The notes beneath the pieces are model-generated. The model made no database searches. It was given only the letters and a program-made list of their open reading frames with translations, and had not been told where the DNA came from. Shown here in pieces: positions 41,596 to 51,942 of a stretch of 64,000 nt of DNA (positions within the stretch are counted from its first letter, which is position 1; every line of letters starts with the position of its first letter). The stretch is from Candidatus Latescibacterota bacterium (GTDB lineage: Bacteria > Latescibacterota > UBA2968 > GCA-2709665). The position numbers and the translations under genes are program-made. The DNA is taken from positions 1,984,001 through 2,048,000 of the forward strand of contig CBDDDZ010000005.1 of assembly GCA_965226795.1 (NCBI GenBank). Direction: 5' to 3'.

Positions 41596-43563
41596 TCAGC
41601 GGATCCACGCCTCGCGGGAAGCGAAGTCTCTTCCGATCGTCCAGGACGTTCCCAACGCGTCAACGACAAACTCCACGCCGTCGTCCCCGGCCTGGAGCGC
41701 GGCCGGCAACTGGGCGGATACCGCCGGCACATTCGCGCCGCGATAGGGTACGAGCACGGTCACAAAAACCGTGGGCGCCTGATTCTCAAGCGCGAACCGA
41801 AATGCCCTGCGCGGCGTGCGATGGCCGTATTCCCAGGCGAACCAGCCGGTTTCTTCGACCATCGATGCCGGACAACCGGCCGCCGCCTGCACCAGTACGT
41901 TGGCGTCCTCAAATTGCGTGAACGCCCTGTTTCCCTCGCCGTCGAACGTGACGTCGCCGGGCGCAAACTGGAAGTGCAAATCCAGCTGACCAGGCGCGCC
42001 GCCGATCGCCTCGTCCAGGAATACGAAGAACCGCCGGTTCACGAACCAGACCGAACGCCGGTGGGTCAAGCCGGGATATGACCGGTTCTCCACCACCAGC
42101 ACGTCGGAATCGGCCCCCTCCGAGACCCACATCAGATTGTGCGCGTCGTCGGAGATATCTCCGCCATTCAGGGTCAGGGTCTGATGCACCGAGGTCTGCC
42201 GGTGCCAGGCGCGGCTCTTCCTGTCGCGGCCATAGGTGTAGAAGCCCGAATCGGGCATCAGCCAGCGCCCGTAGGCGTACAACTCAAACGTCCCGTTGTC
42301 GGGCTGATCGTGGCTTGAAATCGCTGGTGGCGAACAATGAAGCGCCAGGTGAATCTGATCCGGCCCCCAGTCGTTGCGCATCACGTAGAAGCCGGCATCC
42401 TTGAACGCGCGGCTCTTCTGATCGGGCAGGGCTTCGCGATGCAGATTCGCCCTGGCCGCGTATTTGGGATCGCTCAGCAATTCGGTCGCGCTGACAAGCT
42501 CGGCATACAGCGGCCACTTTGTCCGATCTTCCGTGGCTTTCGGCGGACGGGAACCGTCTCCGAACATCGGCGCGCCAAGATCGGGTGACGCGATCCAGAA
42601 GATATAATCGCACATTCTGCGTACGCGTTCTCTGAATGCCTGCGATATTTCGATGCCGAAGGCGTCCAGGCGCCCGAAAATTTCCACCGCGTCCCGCAAT
42701 ACGCCCTGATGATAGCCGAACGACCACTCTCGCTGAACGCCGTCTGCCGTCGTCTGGGCCAGGATATTTTCTTCTACGCGCGCCAACCCCAATTCCATCC
42801 AGTCGCGGGACTCACTGAACTCGCCGAACGTGTAGGCGACATTGATAAACCCACGCTGTTCGAACACGGCCTTGTTGTGGATGAGCCCCATGGGAATCAG
42901 CGTTGTCTTTGTCTGATGGTCATACAGACAGGCCATCAACAGGCCGAGAAATTCGGGCGTAAACGATTCGGCGTGCACCAGACCCCGAAATGCCGCGCAG
43001 ATATTCGTAGCCCGAATCCCGGTCTGGAGATCCAGCCATGCAAATCCCTTCCACCATTTGTAAACGGGATGGGTTCTGGTGTGGTTTTCAAGCGGATGTT
43101 TCGAAATCCAGTCGGTTGAAAGTTCCACGAACGCTTGCGCGTACTTCTCAACGCGGGTCGCCGCGTAGGCAGCGACAAGCGGCGCAGCCCAATAGAAGCG
43201 GTACACGGCCGCCACCCACTCGATATCGCCCGGCGGATCCCATTCCCAGTCGAAGTCGTCGCCATATTGCGCTTCCTCGTAGGGTCCCCACTGAATGATG
43301 CGCGCGCAGATTTTGTCCGCCGTGGAAAAATCACCTGCTTTACTCGCTTCCTCCAGCGGAAATTTCGCCCGGTAATAGTCACGCAGCGCGGTGAGAGCGC
43401 CAGGCGTGTCGCCGGAGTCGGCCGCCCGTTTCACCGCTTCCAACCCTGCCATTGTCAGATCCAGTTTTTCGAGGATCCGTTCCGGGACGAACGACGCCAA
43501 CGGCATTTCGTGATCGATCTGGCCCGCGCCCGCGGGATACTCCTGTATCGAATTCATGGACAT
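41596..43563 (-). CDS. Heparinase II/III-family polysaccharide lyase
   Basis: DGVQRE.S.GYH, PMFGD, AGFYVMR, HDQPDNGTFEL, DSGFYTY, T.VHQT. Confidence 0.88.
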   Translation of the reverse strand: MSMNSIQEYPAGAGQIDHEMPLASFVPERILEKLDLTMAGLEAVKRAADSGDTPGALTALRDYYRAKFPLEEASKAGDFSTADKICARIIQWGPYEEAQYGDDFDWEWDPPGDIEWVAAVYRFYWAAPLVAAYAATRVEKYAQAFVELSTDWISKHPLENHTRTHPVYKWWKGFAWLDLQTGIRATNICAAFRGLVHAESFTPEFLGLLMACLYDHQTKTTLIPMGLIHNKAVFEQRGFINVAYTFGEFSESRDWMELGLARVEENILAQTTADGVQREWSFGYHQGVLRDAVEIFGRLDAFGIEISQAFRERVRRMCDYIFWIASPDLGAPMFGDGSRPPKATEDRTKWPLYAELVSATELLSDPKYAARANLHREALPDQKSRAFKDAGFYVMRNDWGPDQIHLALHCSPPAISSHDQPDNGTFELYAYGRWLMPDSGFYTYGRDRKSRAWHRQTSVHQTLTLNGGDISDDAHNLMWVSEGADSDVLVVENRSYPGLTHRRSVWFVNRRFFVFLDEAIGGAPGQLDLHFQFAPGDVTFDGEGNRAFTQFEDANVLVQAAAGCPASMVEETGWFAWEYGHRTPRRAFRFALENQAPTVFVTVLVPYRGANVPAVSAQLPAALQAGDDGVEFVVDALGTSWTIGRDFASREAWIR

Positions 43564-43759
43564 GTTCTCCGTTAACTCGATGTCGGGATTGTCTTTTTAC
43601 CGCCCGGCAAGGACTGTTTTCCAATCACCGGGGTCCGAAAAATACGTCTGTGGAAACAGGTTTGCAACACATATTGTTGGAAATTTTCAGGGTACGGGTA
43701 ACCTGGAAAGACAGGATGAAAGACGGAAGGCACCACGTTAACGCTCGGTTCCCGGCAGC

Positions 43760-43951
43760 GCATCGGCCGACGCGCCCGGCGCTTTGCACAAAGCAGGGAA
43801 TGTCCCTATAGTTGGGTAGCGACTCTCCGTTTTCCCACTTGGAAACCGCCTGCACGCTGATGCAAACGGCCTGTCCGAGCTGTTCCTGTGCCAGCCCCTG
43901 CTGCTTTCGTCTCTCCTGTATCCTTCGTCCAGGATCCGTGGGGTCAAACAT
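43760..43951 (-). pseudogene. XRE HTH regulator fragment
   Basis: GRRIQERRKQQGLAQEQL...SVQAVSKWENGESLP, then IPALCKA..SADAL in a shifted frame. Confidence 0.7.
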
Positions 43952-44446
43952 TGGTATGCCTCCCCGCGTTTGTGTATTTATGGCGGCGTTCTTTCATCCA
44001 ATGGAAGACCAAATATAGCGCAATCGCCCGGTTGTCGGTATCGAGGAATATGAGAACGGATCAACTGCCGGTTGAGGACGTCTATGCCCAAGCGTTCTCA
44101 CACTGGCAGGCCCTCTGTGGGTAAATATGAAAGTAGAACTTGCAAATTTCCCACTTCTCGGATCGGCATGAGTTACCGTGATCACCCGCGAGACCTCCCC
44201 CAGTCCACTCAGATTACCCAATTCCCCGATTGGCCGCTTGTGGGACTACATCATACCGACAGGACCACGTTCAGGCGAATGCAATTGGGAAGTCGTTTAC
44301 GACTTTCTGTTACGTTACAACGGTTGGCGTCAAATTTCTGTCAAATAACCTACAAAATATATTGTAATTTATGTAGAATATATTATATTTATATATATTT
44401 ATGATGTTTTATTTAGTGTCAAATAGTTTGTTAACTAGGAGATCAT

Positions 44447-45619
44447 TTGGACTGGAAAAACTTCCGCTATGAATATCGGATCCCATTGGAGAACCAGAAC
44501 TCCAACCTGATTCGGATTGAAGCATACAAAGAGGCAGCCCTCAATCTGGTCCTCCCGTCCGACTGGAAGGAACAATTGGACCAGTTGAACCGCGTGCGAG
44601 CCGTTCACGGTACTACGGCCGTTGAGGGCAATCGGCTGTCTGAAGCTGAAGTAAGTCGACTGTTGGAGGCTTCCTCGGACCAACCCCAAAATCAGTCCAG
44701 AGAAGAAAAGCAGGTGAGAAATGCAGGCTTGGCCCAGGACTGGGTTCGGCAAAGGTTCACACCAGATAGCAAGCCCCTCCAGCTTTCTGACATCATGCGA
44801 ATGCATAGGCTGGTCACCGGCGGTTCCGACGAGACCGACAACGTAACGGAAAAGTTGCGGACCCACCCCGTCGTGGTAGGAACGGAGGCATTGGGCGGCG
44901 TGCATCGAGGAGCACCCCCTGCGGAATTAATCCGCCTGATGGAAGAATTCGTGACGTTCGTGAACTCAAACAAACTGGCGGCGCAGCATCCGGTCGTGCG
45001 GGCGCTCCTGGCCCATTTCTTTCTCGTCACCATACACCCGTTCGGGGACGGAAATGGTAGGGTCTCAAGGCTTGTGGAGGCCGGAATTCTATTCCAGGGT
45101 GGTTACAATGTTCACGGTTTCTACGGACCGTCGAATTACTTCTACCAAAACGGCAATGAATACATGTTTTTACTGCAACAGGGCAGAAGGACACAGCCGT
45201 TCGATCTGAGCGGTTTCATTACGTTTGGCATCGAGGGCTTTGCGACCGAGTTGAAGGGAATCAACAATTTCATCAAGACGAAACTCAACCGCGTTATATA
45301 TCGAACCACGTTAACCAAAGCACGGAGTCAGCGGGTGAGCGAGCGCCGTCGCGTCCTCAACCAGCGGGAATACGACCTGCTTTGTTTGCTCCTGGAAGAG
45401 ACCGAGCCGGTAGATCCCTTCGCGGACGAACCGTCCAAACGAATCAGGGTGTCCGAACTAATGAGGGCTCCATATGTCACCGCAGTCTATCGCCACGTAA
45501 CGACCCGCACCTTCTTGCGGGAACTTTTCCGACTGGAGAAAACGGGATTCATCATATTCGAGGATCGGGGGGTCGAGTTAATCATCAAGCTAGACTTCGG
45601 GGCGATCGGCAAGTATTGA
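44447..45619 (+). CDS. Fic-family protein with N-terminal inhibitory motif
   Basis: HPFGDGNGRVSR active site, TTAVEGN motif, TTG start after AGGAG. Confidence 0.92.
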   Translation: MDWKNFRYEYRIPLENQNSNLIRIEAYKEAALNLVLPSDWKEQLDQLNRVRAVHGTTAVEGNRLSEAEVSRLLEASSDQPQNQSREEKQVRNAGLAQDWVRQRFTPDSKPLQLSDIMRMHRLVTGGSDETDNVTEKLRTHPVVVGTEALGGVHRGAPPAELIRLMEEFVTFVNSNKLAAQHPVVRALLAHFFLVTIHPFGDGNGRVSRLVEAGILFQGGYNVHGFYGPSNYFYQNGNEYMFLLQQGRRTQPFDLSGFITFGIEGFATELKGINNFIKTKLNRVIYRTTLTKARSQRVSERRRVLNQREYDLLCLLLEETEPVDPFADEPSKRIRVSELMRAPYVTAVYRHVTTRTFLRELFRLEKTGFIIFEDRGVELIIKLDFGAIGKY

Positions 45620-45824
45620 ACTTGCTGGTCGATCTTATCTAACCGGTTTCGCCGGACGGATTTAAGTGCATTCGTCCCGACAAATTTGGCGATGCATCCG
45701 AATTGTTATTAAGCAGGTGTCGATTGGGCCGCAGATTGGCGTGCAGTTCGGCGTGGACGCCGGACCGCGGTTCGACAGTGAAGAGAAACCCTTTTAAACC
45801 AGTGGATAGCAAGGAGTTGAAACT

Positions 45825-46811
45825 ATGGATTCGATTCGGTTGGGTCTGGTCGGCTCGGGCGGAATGGCGCAGAGTCGGGCGCGGACTTTTGCAGCGATGA
45901 AGGGATGCAGGCTGACCGCATTGGCCGCCCGAAATCCGCACACGGGCGCCGAACTGGCCAGTTGCCACGCACTGCCGCTGCTGGACGAGTGGCAGAATCT
46001 GATGGACCGGTCCGACGTGGACGCAGTCGTGGTCTGCACCAACAACGACAGCCACGGTCCCATCGCCAGGGCCGCCCTGGAGGCCGGCAAACCCGTCTTT
46101 CTGGAATACCCTATCGCGCGGCACGTTGACGAGGGCAACGCCCTGGTCGACCTGGCGCGCGCGAAGGGCATTGTTCTCCGCGTAGCCCATCCGGAAGTGG
46201 TGTCGGACGGGCACCGGAAACTCAAAGAGGCGGTCGGTTCGCTGGGTGCGCTGCTGTTGGCGCTATTCGCGCGCCTGACGCCGGCGAGAGGGGCGCGGCC
46301 GGAGGTGTTGTTCAACATCCACGCGTCGGGGCCGCCCAGTCTATTTTTCGTCTATCACGTATACCCGCTTGTCGACCTTTTCGGCCCGGCGTTATGGGTG
46401 GAGGGGTACACCCATTATGAAGGAATGGACAGCGCCGGAACGTACGAACGCTTCGTCAACCGGGTCGTGGTTGGATTTTCCGGGGGCGGTACGGCGGAAT
46501 GGACGTGGGCGGGTGGCGTCTCGATCGGGAGGGCCGAACAGTACCAGCGGATGGTGCTGGAAGGTGGGACGCTGGTTCATGACGACGGCTGGCGACTCTC
46601 ATCCGGGGAGGGCAAGGAGGTACCGTTGCCGTCAGCCGGACGGGAGGCGTCGCTGGAAAGCCTCTTTCTGGATGAAGTGCGCGGCAGAACAAATGGATGG
46701 CGATCGGATCTGGGCACCGCCCTCGAATCCATTCGCATCGGGCTGGGCGCGGAGACGGCGGCCACCCAGGGCCGGCGTGTGCATCTCAGGGAAGACGGGA
46801 CTGACGGGTGA
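45825..46811 (+). CDS. Gfo/Idh/MocA oxidoreductase
   Basis: LGLVGSGG, VDAVVVCT.N..H, AGKPVFLEYP. Confidence 0.9.
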   Translation: MDSIRLGLVGSGGMAQSRARTFAAMKGCRLTALAARNPHTGAELASCHALPLLDEWQNLMDRSDVDAVVVCTNNDSHGPIARAALEAGKPVFLEYPIARHVDEGNALVDLARAKGIVLRVAHPEVVSDGHRKLKEAVGSLGALLLALFARLTPARGARPEVLFNIHASGPPSLFFVYHVYPLVDLFGPALWVEGYTHYEGMDSAGTYERFVNRVVVGFSGGGTAEWTWAGGVSIGRAEQYQRMVLEGGTLVHDDGWRLSSGEGKEVPLPSAGREASLESLFLDEVRGRTNGWRSDLGTALESIRIGLGAETAATQGRRVHLREDGTDG

Positions 46812-46828
46812 CCGAAATATCGTCCGGA

Positions 46829-47598
46829 CTAGCGCCCGCCGCCCGCCTGACCTTCCTGCGGCCCGAAGGCGGCCATGTACAGGCGCGTACGGTCGTTGAG
46901 CACGCCATAGAAGGCGCGCGTTTCCGGATCGGGGTGATCCGCCAGAATACCGCCGGAATTCCTGAGTCGTTGGCCAGCGGAGGCCTGCTGCGGTGCCCGT
47001 AGTAGATCTGCGCGGTCTTTCGGACGGCCTGCGTGGGGCGTGTGGTCGCCGTGTGAAGGACCGCCACGTTGAACAGGACGCACGTGCCGGCCGGGCCGTG
47101 GAGATCGTACACGCCGCCCCGCTCCAGCTGCTCCGCGGGATCGTCCAGAACGGCCTCGTCGACGGATTCGGGCGAGAGGGAAAAACAGTGGGTGCCCTCG
47201 TCCACGTCGGTGAGGTAGACCATCAACTGGATATAGTCCATGCGAAGGGGGTGTTCGGGCCAGTGGGGCCTGTCGCGGTGCCACCCCCTGTGCAGACCGC
47301 CCGTATAGGGGCCCATCCCGCGCAGCCCGATCTCGCCGAAGCAGACGGAACCGCCCATCAATTCCTCGATCGCGGGCATTATCCCCGGATGTCGGATCAA
47401 CTCATCGAATTGAGGCGTGGTGATCAGGGCGTCGTAGTTGGCTTCCTGGTGGTAGCCGTACGGATGCCAGAAATAGGGAAACCGGAGGCGGTCTTCCTCG
47501 AACAGATCGTGGAAGTAGCGCACCTCATCCGGATTAAGGATCGCGCCGAGGTTCCAAAAGCCATTCCGGGCGAAAGATTCGCGGTCGGTCCGGTTCAT
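46829..47598 (-). pseudogene. PhyH-family 2OG-Fe(II) dioxygenase with a 1-bp deletion near the C-terminus
   Basis: WHRD, VYLTD, VLH motifs; PAVFWR continues as DHPDPETRAFYG in another frame (near 46940). The catalytic core lies upstream of the shift. Confidence 0.75.
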
Positions 47599-47816
47599 AG
47601 TCGTATCATCCGAAGCTTAAAAAAATCGGTGCGCCTTCGCGCTCGACGCGACGGTGGGCCACGGGCTCCCGCGATGTTCAGCGGCAAGTGTATTTGTGAC
47701 GCTGAAGTATACGAGGGCGACGTCCGGAAGCCAAGCACCTTCGGTCCAACCCCGTACCCGAATTCTCACGAGTGCGCGAACCGGAAGAATTATCCCAAAT
47801 GAACGGAGGCACGCCA

Positions 47817-50558
47817 ATGATCCGGAGCGGACACCGATCCCCCGCCCGCCGGACAACCGGTCAATCTTTCCGTCTCTCTGCCATAGTACTGGCCGTCGCT
47901 CTTATGCCGTGCCTGGGCCACGCTGGCGGCGATACCTATTCTTTCGCCCTGATTGGCGACGTGCCCTACGCCAGTGCCGACAGTCTCTGGTTCGCAAGGG
48001 TGATCGATCGGATCAACGCGGATGAAGACGTCAGGTGGATCATCCACGCAGGCGACATCAAAAACGGGGGGCAGCCATGCACTGACGCTTTGCTCGAAGA
48101 ACGCCTGCAGCGATTCAGCCGCTTCGAGGATCCCTTCATCCTCACCCCGGGCGACAACGAATGGACAGACTGTCACCTCAGGAACGCCGGCCGCTTCGAT
48201 CCGCTGGAACGCCTGCGGAAATTGCGGACGCTCTTCTATCCTCGCGCGGGCCTGACGCTCGGGAGACAGCCAATGGCGGTTGAATCCCAGGCGGCGTCGC
48301 CCGAATACGGCGAATTTATAGAGAACATCCGCTGGGAACGGGCGGGGGTTCATTTCGCGACCGTACACATTGTGGGGAGCAGAAACGGGCTCGTACCATT
48401 CCAGGCACGTGATTCTACCGAGGTTGGAACGGTTCCACTGAGGACGGAGAAGCACGACGCGGAGGTCGAGCGGCGCACCAGGGCAGGAATCGCGTGGCTT
48501 CGAAACGCCTTTTCCAAGGCGGCCCAATCCGGCAAGGCGCTGTTTCTGACCGTTCACGCTTCGATGGGACTGGAACGAAAGCGAGGAGCGGATCCGCCGC
48601 ATTACAAGGCCCTCCTCGACGCGCTGCGCGAGGAGACGGAGCGATTCGGCCGGCCCGTCGTGCTTGCGCACGGCGACTCGCATTATTTCCGGATCGACAA
48701 ACCGCTTCGACGCAGGCGGGACGGAAGGCGTCTCTCGAATTTCACCCGCGTGGAGACATTCGGTTCGTCGGACGTGCACTGGATTGAGGTAAGGGTGGAT
48801 CCCGCCAGCGCGAATGTCTTTTCCTTCGAACAGAGGATTGTAAAGCGGGAACAGTCGAACGGAGATCAACCCGAGACAACGGAAAGGACCGGAATGGCTG
48901 TCACAAAATCCGGAGGATCGGAACGTACCCCCCAGCAGAAGATCGACGCCATGCACCGCCCCTCCTGGTGCGTGGAAACGGACGAGGGGCGCCTGTATTG
49001 GGAACTCCTCGGCGCCGCGATCCGAAATGACGCCGGCACCCTGCGCGAACACCTGCTGGCGGATCCGGACTGCGCCAGGCTGCAGTTCTGGTATACCCCG
49101 CCGATTCACTTCGCGGTGCGGGAGGGCAATCTCGACGCGACAAGAGTGCTGTGGGAAGCCTATGCGTTCGACGAGGTGACCGATCTGATCGCCATGGCCG
49201 ACGACCGCGGCCACACATCGGTCGCCGACTATTTGCGGCAGTCCATTGGTTCAAAAGGCGCGGATTCGGATCTCCGGCTGCACGCTGCCGTGGAAGCCCG
49301 AGACCATGGGGAGATCGAACGACTGCTCAAAAACTCGCGTGGAATCGAATCGCAGCGGGATCCGGAAGGCAGGACCGCGCTCCACGTTGCGGTCATCGCG
49401 GGTGACGAGACAGCGGTAAGGGTACTTCTCAAGAACAATATCGACGTCGGCGCGACCGACCATGCCGGTTTCCGAGCCATTCACTACACCCGCTGGGTCG
49501 ACCTGATGTGGCATCGGTCAAAGGTGAATCCGGAATTGGCGGGACTGCTGCTGGACGCCGGCTCCCGCGACAGCCCCACGCTGGCTGCCGGGAGGGGCGA
49601 CCTGGATGCCGTACGGGCATTTGTCGCGGCGGACCCTGCGGCGGTGAACGACGGAGAGAAACTCCTGAAGCGACCCCTGTCGGCGGCCGTAGAGGGCGGA
49701 CACCGCGACATTGTCCGCTTCCTGCTGGACAACGGCGCGGACCCCTCTCTGCCGGAGGGTCGCCTTTGCCCAAACGGGTCGTCGCTTATGACCGCCACGG
49801 TCTCGGAGAACCTGGAAGTCGCCGAATGGCTTCTGGAGGCCGGCGCCGATCCGAACGGACACGTGGACTCCTCGGGAAGCCCCGCGATCCGTGCCGGTTC
49901 CGACGCCATGCGGGGGCTGCTCTACGGCTATGGCGGGCGCGCATCCGGGGCGTGGGGCTACGTGCAACTCGGTCAACTTGAGACCCTGGCCGCTATTTTA
50001 CGTTACACTGACGATCCGTTTTCCGACGAGGAGAGCGAGTATCTGACCACACCCTACACCGCCGTGATCAGCGGCTGTGGACGCATGGAGGACCGGGGAG
50101 AATCCCCCGATGCCCACGAGGCGATGCTCACCATGTTCCTGCAGCGCAAACACCCGATGCCGCGCGTGCTCACCGCCTGCAAGACCTACCTGTACCACGT
50201 ACCACGCATGACGCGCCGACTCCTCGAGCACGGCCTGGATCCAAACCTGCCCGACTGGCAGCGACGAACCCCGTTGCACGACCTTTGCCGCGGCAACCGG
50301 GCCGTGTCCGACGCCGCCGCGATGGTACGATTGTTCATCGAATACGGCGCCCACATCAATGCAATCGACGAGGACGACAGGTCAACGCCGCTGGGGATCG
50401 CCGCGCGCGAGGGAAACGCGCAACTTGTCGGACTGCTGCTTTATCGGGGCGCCGATCCGAATGCCGCGGGCGCCGAATGGGCGACGCCCCTGGCATGGGC
50501 GGAACGCCGCGGACACGAGCATATCGTAAAGATGCTTAGAGACGGGGGCACCCGGTAG
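47817..50558 (+). CDS. Secreted calcineurin-like metallophosphoesterase in frame with an ankyrin repeat protein
   Basis: Signal peptide; GDVPY, HAGDIK, PGDNEWTDC, HGDSH; ankyrin repeats after about aa 400; internal RBS and ATG at 48894. Confidence 0.8.
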   Translation: MIRSGHRSPARRTTGQSFRLSAIVLAVALMPCLGHAGGDTYSFALIGDVPYASADSLWFARVIDRINADEDVRWIIHAGDIKNGGQPCTDALLEERLQRFSRFEDPFILTPGDNEWTDCHLRNAGRFDPLERLRKLRTLFYPRAGLTLGRQPMAVESQAASPEYGEFIENIRWERAGVHFATVHIVGSRNGLVPFQARDSTEVGTVPLRTEKHDAEVERRTRAGIAWLRNAFSKAAQSGKALFLTVHASMGLERKRGADPPHYKALLDALREETERFGRPVVLAHGDSHYFRIDKPLRRRRDGRRLSNFTRVETFGSSDVHWIEVRVDPASANVFSFEQRIVKREQSNGDQPETTERTGMAVTKSGGSERTPQQKIDAMHRPSWCVETDEGRLYWELLGAAIRNDAGTLREHLLADPDCARLQFWYTPPIHFAVREGNLDATRVLWEAYAFDEVTDLIAMADDRGHTSVADYLRQSIGSKGADSDLRLHAAVEARDHGEIERLLKNSRGIESQRDPEGRTALHVAVIAGDETAVRVLLKNNIDVGATDHAGFRAIHYTRWVDLMWHRSKVNPELAGLLLDAGSRDSPTLAAGRGDLDAVRAFVAADPAAVNDGEKLLKRPLSAAVEGGHRDIVRFLLDNGADPSLPEGRLCPNGSSLMTATVSENLEVAEWLLEAGADPNGHVDSSGSPAIRAGSDAMRGLLYGYGGRASGAWGYVQLGQLETLAAILRYTDDPFSDEESEYLTTPYTAVISGCGRMEDRGESPDAHEAMLTMFLQRKHPMPRVLTACKTYLYHVPRMTRRLLEHGLDPNLPDWQRRTPLHDLCRGNRAVSDAAAMVRLFIEYGAHINAIDEDDRSTPLGIAAREGNAQLVGLLLYRGADPNAAGAEWATPLAWAERRGHEHIVKMLRDGGTR

Positions 50559-50661
50559 ACGTGGGTGGAGCGGCCGGCGTCACCGGAATACCGGCGGTTG
50601 ACCGCACGAAACCATAACACGGTGTTCAGATTGCCGCAACGCTTCGAGGAGATATAGGGGA

Positions 50662-50991
50662 ATGACCGGCGACGGGAAACTCATCCTGCGGATACGATCC
50701 ATTCTCTCGCAAGAGGACGGATTCTCCGAGAAAGGGATGTTCGGCGGCGTCTGTTTCATGATCCACGGCAACATGTGCGTGGGGACGTGGAAGGGATCTC
50801 TGATCGTCCGGCTCGACAGGGCGCATCATGACCGGACGCTTGGGGAGCCGCACACGAAGCCGTTCGACGTCACGGGCCGCGTTATGAGGGGATGGGCGCT
50901 GGTTGAATCACCCGCGATAGAATCGGACGAAGACCTCACAGACTGGGTGTATAGGGCGGCCGATTATGTCGGGTCGCTTCCGCCCAAATGA
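50662..50991 (+). CDS. TfoX/Sxy N-terminal family protein
   Basis: EK.MFGGVCFM..GNMCVG, MRGW, LPPK. Confidence 0.9.
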   Translation: MTGDGKLILRIRSILSQEDGFSEKGMFGGVCFMIHGNMCVGTWKGSLIVRLDRAHHDRTLGEPHTKPFDVTGRVMRGWALVESPAIESDEDLTDWVYRAADYVGSLPPK

Positions 50992-51032
50992 AGGTGTGGG
51001 GCTTCTATTGGAAACGAGGGTGGGTTGTTCCC

Positions 51033-51350
51033 CTATTGTAATGGCGAGAAGGCGGTTGGGATGAGGACGTCGGAGAGAACCTCGTCCACGATGGGCCCGT
51101 TGGCTTCGGTTTGTTCCCGGGCTGCGATCCATTCGGGGTCTGAGCGGAAAGAATCCCACGCTGTTTCCATAGCCTCTTCGTTCTCAAATTCGCATAGGTA
51201 GATCAGGTCGTTGGCATCCCTTCGGGTCCAGAAACCGACGACTTTAATGCCGTGCCTGTCGAAGAGGCCGAACGTAACGGTTTCAAACCGGTTGAGGATG
51301 TCCGGCATCCGGCCTTCGGGGATTCTGTAGGTGCGGTGTTCGTAGATCAT
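51033..51350 (-). CDS. NIPSNAP family protein
   Basis: IYEHRTY, HGIKVVGFW, W..F.SDPEW, PT.FSPLQ. Confidence 0.92.
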   Translation of the reverse strand: MIYEHRTYRIPEGRMPDILNRFETVTFGLFDRHGIKVVGFWTRRDANDLIYLCEFENEEAMETAWDSFRSDPEWIAAREQTEANGPIVDEVLSDVLIPTAFSPLQ

Positions 51351-51942
51351 CAGGGTTCTCCTTGGTGTGCAGGATCCTGGATTAATCCTGTATTGGATGG
51401 GTCAGGCGTTGTTTTTCGGATATGTGTTGTTTTGTGCCTCGCTGCCTCAGGCGGGCAGACCGGTGTGAACTTCCGCCGGGGTATCCGGGACCACGTCTGG
51501 CGCGTACACGGCCCGGCATATTTCCACGCACGAGGTATTCAACCTGGCTACGCCCTTCCATGGTAACAAGAATTCAACCGGATGGAAAGGGCCGCCTATG
51601 CCCGGCCGCCGCGCATAGGCGAAACCCAGATAACGGAACGGAGAGCACGCGCACCTTTTCTGTTGACAATCGATGGATGCCAGGGCTATGTTCCCGTGAA
51701 AGTAAGCGTGTGAATGAGCCTGAATTTCCGCATCAATTCAGCAATCCTCCAGCCACCCAATGTCCGTCCGTTTTGTATGATACAGGCGCGCCACCTCGCC
51801 GACTTCGACGAATTCGTCCGTCTCGTTCGAAGTTTTGGCAAGGGTTCGCGCCCGATGCGGGCCTCAACGCCGTACTCGTCATGGTCGCACGGGAATTTAA
51901 ATAATAAGTAATCGTCATCAAGCCTGCGAGGATTCCGGGAAC

